Shown: positions 52,101 to 64,000 of the stretch, piece after piece
Layout of the letters: every line of letters begins with the position of its first letter
Position numbering within the stretch: position 1 is the first letter of the stretch
NCBI GenBank assembly: GCA_051362555.1
Contig: CM120646.1
Coordinates: 5,580,001 to 5,644,000 of the forward strand
DNA length: 64,000 nucleotides
Direction of reading: 5' to 3'
Source of the DNA: Lingula anatina
Lineage: Eukaryota > Animalia > Brachiopoda
Notes under the pieces: generated by a model
Databases searched by the model: none
What the model was told of the DNA's origin: nothing
Seen by the model: the letters and a program-made list of their open reading frames with translations, nothing else
Translations under genes and position numbers: made by a program

Positions 52101-55100
52101 GATTTAACCCACTGTATATTTTTGGCAATAAAGGAGTGGCTGGGGAATATAACACCAGTGCTTCTTTTTGTCAAACCTGTTCAGTGGGAAAAACCTCAAA
52201 TAATATGAAGAAATTGATGCAGATGGGATAAAAATTGGCCATGATTTAGAATTGGCAGAAGATTGTGGCTGTGAATGTGATCAGTCGCAATTTTAAGTCA
52301 ACATTACAACATGGTACAGACGGCGTGAAAACAGAAGTGAAGAAATGTACGAAGAAGATTTAACCCACTGTATATTTTTGGCAATAAAGGAGTGGCTGGG
52401 GAATATAACACCAGTGCTTCTTTTTGTCAAACCTGTTCAGTGGGTAAAACCTCAAATAATGTGAAGAAATAGATGCAGATGGGATTAAAATTGGCCATGA
52501 TGTAGAATTGGCAGAAGATTGTGGCTGTGAAACTGACCAGTCACAATTTTATGTCAACATTACACCATGGTACAGACAGCGTGAAAACACAAGTGAAGAA
52601 ATATTCGAAGATTCAACCCACTGTATATTTTTGGCAATAAAGGAGTGGCTGGGGAATATAACACCAGTGCTTCTTTTTGTCAAACCTGTTCAGTGGGAAA
52701 AACCTCAAATAATGTGAAGAAATAGATGCAGATGGGATAAAAATTGGCCATGATGTAGAATTGGCAGAAGATTGTGGCTGTGAATGTGATCAGTCGCAAT
52801 TTTAAGTCAACATTACAACATGGTACAGACGGCGTTAAAAACAGTAGTGAAGAAATGTACGAAGAAGATTCAACCCACTGTATATTTTTGGCAATAAAGG
52901 AGTGGCTGAGGAATATAACACCAGTGCTTCTTTTTGTCAAAACTGTTCAGTGGGAAAAACCTCAAATAATATGAAGAAATTGATGCAGATGGAAAATAAA
53001 TTTGGTCATGATGTAAAATTGGCAGAAGATTGTGGCTGTGAATGTGATCAGTCGCAATTTTAAGTCAACATTACAACATGGTACAGACGGCGTGAAAACA
53101 GAAGTGAAGAAATGTACGAAGAAGATTTAACCCACTGTATATTTTTGGCAATAAAGGAGTGGCTGGGGAATATAACACCAGTGCTTCTTTTTGTCAAACC
53201 TGTTCAGTGGGTAAAACCTCAAATAATGTGAAGAAATAGATGCAGATGGGATTAAAATTGGCCATGATGTAGAATTGGCAGAAGATTGTGGCTGTGAAAC
53301 TGACCATTCACAATTTTATGTCAACATTACAACATGGTCAAGACAGCATGAAAATACAAGTGAAGACGAATCGAATGATGTTAAGAATTTGACACACATT
53401 GGGAAAGATTATTTTAGGCCATGATGTAGAATTGGCAGAAGATTGTGGCTGTAAAACTGATCAGTCACAATTTTATGTCAACATTACACCATGGTACAGA
53501 CAGCGTGAAAACACAAGTGAAGAAATATTCGAAGATTCAACCCACTGTATATTTTTGGCAATAAAGGAGTGGCTGGGGAATATAACACCAGTGCTTCTTT
53601 TTGTCAAACCTGTTCAGTGGGAAAAACCTCAAATAATGTGAAGAAATAGATGCAGATGGAAAACAAATTTGGTCATGATGTAAAATTGGCAGAAGATTGT
53701 GGCTGTGAAACTGACCAGTAACAATTTGATGTCAACATTACAACATGGTCAAGACAGCGTGAAAATACAAGTGAAGACGAATCGAATGATGTTAAGAATT
53801 TGACACACATTGGGAAAGATTATTTTAGGCCATGATGTAGAATTGGCAGAAGATTGTGGCTGTAAAACTGATCAGTCGCAATTGTCAACATTACACCATG
53901 TCAACATTACACCATGGTACAGACAGCGTGAAAACACAAGTGAAGAAATATTCAAAGATTCAACCCACTGTATATTTTTGGCAATAAAGGAGTGGCTGGG
54001 GAATATAACACCAGTGCTTCTTTTTGTCAAACCTGTTCAGTGGGAAAAACCTCAAATAATGTGAAGAAATAGATGCAGATGGAAAACAAATTTGGTCATG
54101 ATGTAAAATTGGCAGAAGATTGTGGCTGTGAAACTGACCAGTCACAATTTGATGTCAACATTACAACATGGTCAAGACAGCGTGAAAATACAAGTGAAGA
54201 CGAATCGAATGATGTTAAGAATTTGACACACGTTGGGAAAGATTATTTTAGGCCATGATGTAGAATTGGCAGAAGATTGTGGCTGTAAAACTGATCAGTT
54301 GCAATTTCTGGTCAATACTACACCAAAGTCCAGTCAACAGCTTTGTTTGGTTTGTTGTAGGATTAAACATTGTAAGATGATTAGTTTACAGGTAGACAAG
54401 ATAAAATCTTGATTGCAATCATAGCTGAGAAGTCACCTGTGGAAAGTCTACTACTTGGGCTGTGACAACTGTATACATGACACATGAATAGAACAAGGGT
54501 GACACTAAATACAACTGGTAAGAATGGACAGACAGAGATAAGACAGCTTGACAGAAGTAAACTTGAATATCTTGACATATTTGACATGGGGGATGAGGTA
54601 TAAAAGCAACTACACAGTAGAAACCAGACAGAAAGCTCTAGGATAAGAGCATAAGAACAGTCATGATGTAAGGTGTGCATAAATTTTGGGCCATGATGTA
54701 GAATTGGCAGAAGATTGTGGCTGTGAATGTGACCAGTCACAATTTTATGTCAACATTACACCATGGTACAGACAGCGTGAAAACACAAGTGAAGAAATAT
54801 TCAAAGATTCAACCCACTGTACATTTTTGGCAATAAAGGAGTGGCTGGGGAATATAACACCAGTGCTTCTTTTTGTCAAACCTGTTCAGTGGGAAAAACC
54901 TCAAATAATGTGAAGAAATAGATGCAGATGGGATAAAAATTGGCCATGATGTAGAATTGGCAGAAGATTGTGGCTGTGAATGTGATCAGTCGCAATTTTA
55001 AGTCAACATTACAACATGGTACAGACGGCGTTAAAAACAGTAGTGAAGAAATGTACGAAGAAGATTCAACCCACTGTATATTTTTGGCAATAAAGGAGTG

Positions 55101-58100
55101 GCTGAGGAATATAACACCAGTGCTTCTTTTTGTCAAAACTGTTCAGTGGGAAAAACCTCAAATAATATGAAGAAATTGATGCAGATGGAAAATAAATTTG
55201 GTCATGATGTAAAATTGGCAGAAGATTGTGGCTGTGAATGTGATCAGTCGCAATTTTAAGTCAACATTACAACATGGTATAGACGGCGTGAAAACAGAAG
55301 TGAAGAAATGTACGAAGAAGATTTAACCCACTGTATATTTTTGGCAATAAAGGAGTGGCTGGGGAATATAACACCAGTGCTTCTTTTTGTCAAACCTGTT
55401 CAGTGGGTAAAACCTCAAATAATGTGAAGAAATAGATGCAGATGGGATTAAAATTGGCCATGATGTAGAATTGGCAGAAGATTGTGGCTGTGAAACTGAC
55501 CAGTCACAATTTTATGTCAACATTACACCATGGTACAGACAGCGTGAAAACACAAGTGAAGAAATATTCGAAGATTCAACCCACTGTATATTTTTGGCAA
55601 TAAAGGAGTGGCTGGGGAATATAACACCAGTGCTTCTTTTTGTCAAACCTGTTCAGTGGGAAAAACCTCAAATAATGTGAAGAAATAGATGCAGATGGAA
55701 AACAAATTTGGTCATGATGTAAAATTGGCAGAAGATTGTGGCTGTGAAACTGACCAGTCACAATTTGATGTCAACATTACAACATGGTCAAGACAGCGTG
55801 AAAATACAAGTGAAGACGAATCGAATGATGTTAAGAATTTGACACACGTTGGGAAAGATTATTTTAGGCCATGATGTAGAATTGGCAGAAGATTGTGGCT
55901 GTAAAACTGATCAGTTGCAATTTCATGTCAATACTACACCAAAGTCCAGTCAACAGCTTTGTTTGGTTTGTTGTAGGATTAAACATTGTAAGATGATTAG
56001 TTTACAGGTAGACAAGATAAAATCTTGATTGCAATCATAGCTGAGAAGTCACCTGTGGAAAGTCTACTACTTGGGCTGTGACAACTGTACACATGACACA
56101 TGAATAGAACAAGGGTGACACTAAATACAACTGGTAAGAATGGACAGACAGAGATAAGACAGCTTGACAGAAGTAAACTTGAATATCTTGACATATTTGA
56201 CATGGGGGATGAGGTATAAAAGCAACTACACAGTAGAAACCAGACAGAAAGCTCTTGGATAAGAGCATGAGAACAGTCATGATGTAAGGTGTGCATAAAT
56301 TTTGGGCCATGATGTAGAATTGGCAGAAGATTGTGGCTGTGAATGTGACCAGTCACAATTTTATGTCAACATTACACCATGGTACAGACAGCGTGAAAAC
56401 ACAAGTGAAGAAATATTCAAAGATTCAACCCACTGTATATTTTTGGCAATAAAGGAGTGGCTGGGGAATATAACACCAGTGCTTCTTTTTGTCAAACCTG
56501 TTCAGTGGGAAAAACCTCAAATAATGTGAAGAAATAGATGCAGATGGGATAAAAATTGGCCATGATGTAGAATTGGCAGAAGATTGTGGCTGTGAATGTG
56601 ATCAGTCGCAATTTTAAGTCAACATTACAACATGGTACAGACGGCGTTAAAAACAGAAGTGAAGAAATGTACGAAGAAGATTTAACCCACTGTATATTTT
56701 TGGCAATAAAGGAGTGGCTGGGGAATATAACACCAGTGCTTCTTTTTGTCAAACCTGTTCAGTGGGAAAAACCTCAAATAATATGAAGAAATTGATGCAG
56801 ATGGGATAAAAATTGGCCATGATGTAGAATTGGCAGAAGATTGTGGCTGTGAATGTGATCAGTCGCAATTTTAAGTCAACATTACAACATGGTACAGACG
56901 GCGTGAAAACAGAAGTGAAGAAATGTACGAAGAAGATTTAACCCCACTGTATATTTTTGGCAATAAAGGAGTGGCTGGGGAATATAACACCAGTGCTTCT
57001 TTTTGTCAAACCTGTTCAGTGGGAAAAACCTCAAATAATATGAAGAAATTGATGCAGATGGAAAACAAATTTGGTCATGATGTAAAATTGGCAGAAGATT
57101 GTGGCTGTGAATGTGATCAGTCGCAATTTTAAGTCAACATTACAACATGGTACAGACGGCGTGAAAACAGAAGTGAAGAAATGTACGAAGAAGATTTAAC
57201 CCACTGTATATTTTTGGCAATAAAGGAGTGGCTGGGGAATATAACACCAGTGCTTCTTTTTGTCAAACCTGTTCAGTGGGTAAAACCTCAAATAATGTGA
57301 AGAAATAGATGCAGATGGGATTAAAATTGGCCATGATGTAGAATTGGCAGAAGATTGTGGCTGTGAAACTGACCATTCACAATTTTATGTCAACATTACA
57401 ACATGGTCAAGACAGCATGAAAATACAAGTGAAGACGAATCGAATGATGTTAAGAATTTGACACACATTGGGAAAGATTATTTTAGGCCATGATGTAGAA
57501 TTGGCAGAAGATTGTGGCTGTAAAACTGATCAGTCACAATTTTATGTCAACATTACACCATGGTACAGACAGCGTGAAAACACAAGTGAAGAAATATTCG
57601 AAGATTCAACCCACTGTATATTTTTGGCAATAAAGGAGTCGCAGGGGAATATAACACCAGTGCTTCTTTTTGTCAAACCTGTTCAGTGGGAAAAACCTCA
57701 AATAATGTGAAGAAATAGATGCAGATGGAAAACAAATTTGGTCATGATGTAAAATTGGCAGAAGATTGTGGCTGTGAAACTGACCAGTAACAATTTGATG
57801 TCAACATTACAACATGGTCAAGACAGCGTGAAAATACAAGTGAAGACGAATTGAATGATGTTAAGAATTTGACACACATTGGGAAAGATTATTTTAGGCC
57901 ATGATGTAGAATTGGCAGAAGATTGTGGCTGTAAAACTGATCAGTCGCAATTGTCAACATTACACCATGTCAACATTACACCATGGTACAGACAGCGTGA
58001 AAACACAAGTGAAGAAATATTCAAAGATTCAACCCACTGTATATTTTTGGCAATAAAGGAGTGGCTGGGGAATATAACACCAGTGCTTCTTTTTGTCAAA

Positions 58101-61100
58101 CCTGTTCAGTGGGAAAAAGCTCCAATAATGCGAAGAAATAGATGCAGATGGAAAACAAATTTGGTCATGATGTAAAATTGGCAGAAGATTGTGGCTGTGA
58201 AACTGACCAGTCACAATTTGATGTCAACATTACAACATGGTCAAGACAGCGTGAAAATACAAGTGAAGACGAATCGAATGATGTTAAGAATTTGACACAC
58301 GTTGGGAAAGATTATTTTAGGCCATGATGTAGAATTGGCAGAAGATTGTGGCTGTAAAACTGATCAGTTGCAATTTCATGTCAATACTACACCAAAGTCC
58401 AGTCAACAGCTTTGTTTGGTTTGTTGTAGGATTAAACATTGTAAGATGATTAGTTTACAGGTAGACAAGATAAAATCTTGATTGCAATCATAGCTGAGAA
58501 GTCACCTGTGGAAAGTCTACTACTTGGGCTGTGACAACTGTACACATGACACATGAATAGAACAATGGTGACACTAAATACAACTGGTAAGAAGGGACAG
58601 ACAGAGATAAGACAGCTTGACAGAAGTAAGCTTGAATATCTTGACATATTTGACATGTGGGATAAGGTATAAAAGCAACTACACAGTAGAAACAGACAGA
58701 AAGCTCTTGGATAAGAGCATAAGAACAGTCATGATGTAAGGTGTGCATAAATTTTGGGCCATGATGTAGTATTGGCAGAAGATTGTGGCTGTGAATGTGA
58801 CCAGGCACAATTTTATGTCAACATTACACCATGGTACAGACAGCGTGAAAACACAATTGAAGAATTATTCGAAGATTCAACCCACTGTATATTTTTGGCA
58901 ATAAAGGAGTGGCTGGGGAATATTACACCAGCGCTTCTTTTTGTCAAACCTGTTCGGTGGGAAAAACCTCCAATAATGTGAAGAAATAGCTGCAGAAGGG
59001 AAAAAATGGCCATGATGTAGAATTGGCAGAAGATTGTGGCTGTGAATGTGATCAGTCGCAATTTTATGTCAACATTACAACATGGTATAGACAGCGTGAA
59101 AAAAGAAGTGAAGAAATGTACGAAGAAGATTAACCCACTGTATATTTTTGGCAATAAAGGAGTGGCTGGGGAATATAACACCAGTGCTTCTTTTTGTCAA
59201 ACCTGCTCAGTGGGAAAAACCTCCAATAATGCGAAGAAATAGATGCAGATGGAAAACAAATTTAATCTTGATGTAAAATTGGCAGAAGATTGTGGCTGTG
59301 AAACTGACCAGTCACAATTTTATGTCAACATTACAACATGGCAAAGACAGCGTGAAAATACAAGTGAAGACGAAAAGAATAATGTTAAGAATTTGACACA
59401 CATTGGAAAAAATTTATTTTAGGCCATGATGTAGAATTGGCAGAAGATTGTGGCTGTAAAACTGATCAGTTACAATTTCATGTCAAAACTACACCAAAGT
59501 ACAGTCAACAGTTTTGTTTGGTTTGTTGTAGGATTAAACACTGTAAGATGATTAGTTTACAGGTAGACAAGATAAAATCTTGATTGCAATCATAGCTGAG
59601 AAGTCACCTGTGGAAAGTCTACTACTTGGGCTGTGACAACTGTACACATGACACATGAATAGAACAAGGGTGACACTAAATACAACTGGTAAGAATGGAC
59701 AGACAGAGATAAGACAGCTTGACAGAAGTAAGCTTGAATATCTTGACATATTTGACATGTGGGATAAGGTATAAAAGCAACTACACAGTAGAAACCAGAC
59801 AGAAAGCTCTTGGATAATAGCATAACAACAGTCATGATGTAAGGTGTGCATAAATTTTGGGCCATGTTGTAGAACTGGCAGAAGATTGTGGCTGTGAATG
59901 TGATCAGTCACAATTTTATGTCAACATTACAACATGGTATAGACAGCGTGAAAATACAAATGAAGACGAAAAGAATGATGTTAAGAATTTGACACACATT
60001 GGGAAAGATTATTTTAGGCCATGATGTAGAATTGGCAGAAGATTGTGGCTGTAAAACTGATCAGTTGCAATTTCATGTCAATACTACACCAAAGTCCAGT
60101 CAACAGCTTTGTTTGGTTTGTTGTAGGATTTAACACTGTAAGATGATTAGTTTACAGGTAGACAAGATAAAATCTTGATTGCAATTATAGCTGAGAAGTC
60201 ACCTGTGGAAAGTCTACTACTTGGGCTGTGACAACTATACACATGACACATGAATAGAACAATGGTGACACTAAATACAACTGGTAAGAAGGGACAGACA
60301 GATAAGACAGCTTGACAGAAGTAAGCTTGAATATCTTGACATATTTGACATGTGGGATAAGGTATAAAAGCAACTACACAGTAGAAACCAGAGAGAAAGC
60401 TCTTGGATAAGAGCATAACAACAGTCATGATGTAAGGTGTGCATAAATTTTGGGCCATGATGTAGAATTGGCAGAAGATTGTGGCTGTGAATGTGATCAG
60501 TCACAATTTTATGTCAACATTACACCATGGTATAGACAGCTTGAAAACAGAAGTGAAGATATGTACGAAAAAGAATACACCGACAGAATATTTTTGGCAA
60601 TAAAGGAGTGGCTGGGGAATATTACACCAGCGCTTCTTTTTGTCAAACCTGTTCAGTGAGAAAAACCTCCAATAATGCCAAGAAATTGATGTAGATGGAA
60701 AACAAATTTGGTCATGATGTAAAATTGGCAAAAGATTGTGGCTGTGAAACTGACCAGTCGCGATTTTATGTCAACATTGCACCATGGTATAGACAGCGTG
60801 AACACATAAGTGAAGAAATATTCGAAGATTTAATCCACTGTATATTTTTGGCAATAAAGGAGTGGCTGGGGAATATAACACCAGTGCTTCTTTTTGTCAA
60901 ACCTGTTCAGTGGGAAAAACCTCCAATAATGCGAAGAAATAGCTGCAGATGGAAAAAATGGCCATGATGTAGAATTGGCAAGAAATGCGAAGAAATAGAT
61001 GCAGATGGAAAACAAATTTGGTCTTGATGTAAAATTGGCAGAAGATTGTGGCTGTGAATGTGACCAGTCACAATTTTATGTCAACATTACACCATGGTAT

Positions 61101-64000
61101 AGACAGCTTGAAAACAGAAGTGAAGATATATACGAAAAAGAATACACCGACAGAATATTTTTGGCAATAAAGGAGTGGCTGGGGAATATAACACCAGTGC
61201 TTCTTTTTGTCAAACCTGTTCAGTGGGAAAAACCTCCAATAATGTGAAGAAATAGCTGAAGATGGAAAAAATGGCCATGATGTAGAATTGGCAGAAGATT
61301 GTGGCTGTGAATGTGATCAGTCGCAATTTTATGTCAACATTACACCATGGTATAGACAGCTTTAAAACAGAAGTGAAGAAATGTACGAAGAAGATTTAAC
61401 CCACTGTATATTTTTGGCAATAAAGGAGTGGCTGGGGAATATAACACCAGTGCTTCTTTTTGTCAAACCTGCTCAGTGGGAAAAATCTCCAATAATGCGA
61501 AGAAATAGATGCAGATGGAAAACAAATTTGGTCTTGATGTAAAATTGGCAGAAGATTGTGGCTGTATATTTTTGGCAATAAAGGAGTGGCTGGGGAATAT
61601 AACACCAGTGCTTCTTTTTGTCAATCCTGCTCAGTGGGAAAAATCTCCAATAATGCGAAGAAATAGATGCAGATGGAAAACAAATTTGGTCTTGATGTAA
61701 AATTGGCAGAAGATTGTGGCTGTGAAACTGACCAGTCACAATTTTATGTCAACAATACAACATGGTATAGACAGCGTGAAAAAAGAGGTGAAGAAATGTA
61801 CGAAGAAGATTAACCCACTGTATATTTTTGGCAATAAAGGAGTGGCTGGGGAATATAACACCAGTGCATCTTTTTGTCAAACCTGCTCAGTGGGAAAAAC
61901 CTCCAATAATGCGAAGAAATAGATGCACATGGAAAAAAAATTCGGTCTTGATGTAAAATTGGCAGAAGATTGTGGCTGTGAAACTGACCAGTCACAATTT
62001 TATGTCAACATTACAACATGGCAAAGACAGCGTGAAAATACAAGTGAAGACGAAACGAATGATGTTAAGAATTTGACACACATTGGGAAAGATTATTTTA
62101 GGCCATGATGTAGAATTGGCAGAAGATTGTGGCTGTAAAACTGATCAGTTGCAATTTCATGTCAATACTACACCAAAGTCCAGTCAACAGCTTTGTTTGG
62201 TTTGTTGTAGGATTAAACACTGTAAGATGATAAGTTTACAGGTAGACAAGATAAAATCTTGATTGCAATTATAGCTGAGAAGTCACCTGTGGAAAGTCTA
62301 CTACTTGGGCTGTGACAACTGTACACATGACACATGAATAGAACAATGGTGACACTAAATACAACTGGTAAGAATGGACAGACAGAGATAAGACAGCTTG
62401 ACAGAAGTAAGCTTGAATATCTTGACATATTGGACATGGGGGATGAGGTATAAAAGCAACTACACAGTAGAAACCAGACAGAAAGCTCTTGGATAAGAGC
62501 ATAACAACAGTCATGATGTAAGGTGTGCATAAATTGTGGGCCATGATGTAGAATTGGCAGAAGATTGTGGCTGTGAATGTGCCCAGTCACAATTTTATGT
62601 CAACATTACACCATGGTACAGACAGCGTGAAAACAGAAGTGAAGAAATGTATGAAGAAGATTACACCCATTGTATATTTTTGGCAATAAAGGAGTGGCTG
62701 GGGAATATAACACCAGCGCTTCTTTTTGTCAAACCTGTCCAGTGGGAAAAACCTCCAATAATGTGAAGAAATAGCTGAAGATGGAAAAAATGGCCATGAT
62801 GTAGAATTGGCAGAAGATTGTGGCTGTGAATGTGATCAGTCGCAATTTTATGTCAACATTACAACATGGTACAGACGGCGTGAAAAAAGAAGTGAAGAAA
62901 TGTACGAAGAAGATTAACCCACTGTATATTTTTGGCAATAAAGGAGTGGCTGGGGAATATAACACCAGTGCTTCTTTTTGTCAAACCTGCTCAGTGGGAA
63001 AAATCTCCAATAATGCGAAGAAATAGATGCAGATGGAAAAAATGGCCATGATGTAGAATTGGCAGAAGATTGTGGCTGTGAATGTGATCAGTCGCAATTT
63101 TATGTCAACATTACAACATGGTATAGACAGCGTGAAAAAAGAAGTGAAGAAATGTACGAAGAAGATTAACCCACTGTATATTTTTGGCAATAAAGGAGTG
63201 GCTGGGGAATATAGCACCAGCGCTTCTTTTTGTCAAACCTGCTCAGTGGGAAAAACCTCCAATAATGCGAAGAAATAGATGCAGATGGAAAACAAATTTG
63301 GTCTTGATGTAAAATTGGCAGAAGATTGTGGCTGTGAAACTGACCAGTCACAATTTTATGTCAACATTACAACATGGCAAAGACAGCGTGAAAATACAAG
63401 TGAAGACGAAAAGAATGATGTTAAGAATTTGACACACATTGGAAAAAATTTATTTTAGGCCATGATGTAGAATTGGCAGAAGATTGTGGCTGTAAAACTG
63501 ACCAGTTGCAATTTCATGTCAAAACTACACCAAAGTCCAGTCAACAGCTTTGTTTGGTTTGTTGTAGGATTAAACACTGTAAGATGATTAGTTTACAGGT
63601 AGACAAGATAAAATCTTGATTGCAATCATAGCTCAGAAGTCACCTGTGGAAAGTCTACTACTTGGGCTGTGACAACTGTACACATGACACATGAATAGAA
63701 CAACGGTGACACTAAATACAACTGGTAAGAATGGACAGACAGAGATAAGACAGCTTGACAGAAGTAAGCTTGAATATCTTGACATATTTGACATGGGGGA
63801 TAAGGTATAAAAGCAACTACACAGTAGAAACCAGACAGAAAGCTCTTGGATAAGAGCAAAACAACAGTCATGATGTAAGGTGTGCATAAATTTTGGGCCG
63901 TGATGTAGAATTGGCAGAAGATTGTGGCTGTGAATGTGATCAGTCGCAATTTTATGTCAACATTACAACATGGTACAGACAGCGTAAAAAATGAAGTGAA
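31134..64000 (+). repeat. Modular tandem array, right part (same A/B/C units), running off the window end
   Basis: Resumes at AAAATTGGCCATGATG, exactly where the left part was interrupted. It contains 18 further C units, and copies are more diverged beyond ~58100. Confidence 0.98.

Noticed and set aside
401-63949. Hundreds of short repeated ORFs (60-128 aa) on both strands, including the 119-aa MTGHIHSHN... ORF in unit C
   Set aside because: They are translations of the repeat. Frames open and close with 1-, 2-, 4- and 8-bp indels between copies, many start at non-ATG codons, and I recognise no domain.
1-64000. Ordinary centromeric higher-order satellite as the complete explanation
   Set aside because: Not excluded, but it does not account for strand-specific G-U pairing, arm-asymmetric conservation, two paralogous hairpins with the same register and CNNC spacing, or the periodic TATA modules.

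Overview
Non-coding eukaryotic (probably invertebrate animal) DNA with no credible protein-coding gene. About 60 kb (1-27137 and 31134-64000) is one head-to-tail modular array built from three units that all begin with the same ~78-bp core: A (~253-258 bp), B (~157 bp) and C (~438 bp), ordered C-(A)n-B-[(A)n-B]-C. It looks like satellite DNA, but read as RNA on the + strand every core folds into a pri-miRNA-like hairpin (H1). Every A unit carries a second, paralogous hairpin (H2). Both show Microprocessor-like geometry (11-bp lower stem, ~20-22-bp upper stem, -13/+11 register, CNNC at +17) and share the predicted 5p seed core UUGGCA (miR-96/182-like). The H1 5' arm is nearly invariant, while many 3'-arm changes preserve pairing. 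Each C unit has an ATTAAA after its hairpin, then six TGACA motifs and a TATAAAAG box 91 bp before the next hairpin run. My main hypothesis is a giant multi-promoter microRNA locus (37 promoter modules, roughly 350-400 hairpins by length arithmetic), architecturally like zebrafish miR-430 but with a different seed. This is inferred from manual folding and has no expression data behind it. A ~4-kb non-autonomous Helentron-type element (HINE, - strand, 161-bp internal repeats) interrupts the array at 27138-31133. Copies become more diverged after ~58.1 kb.
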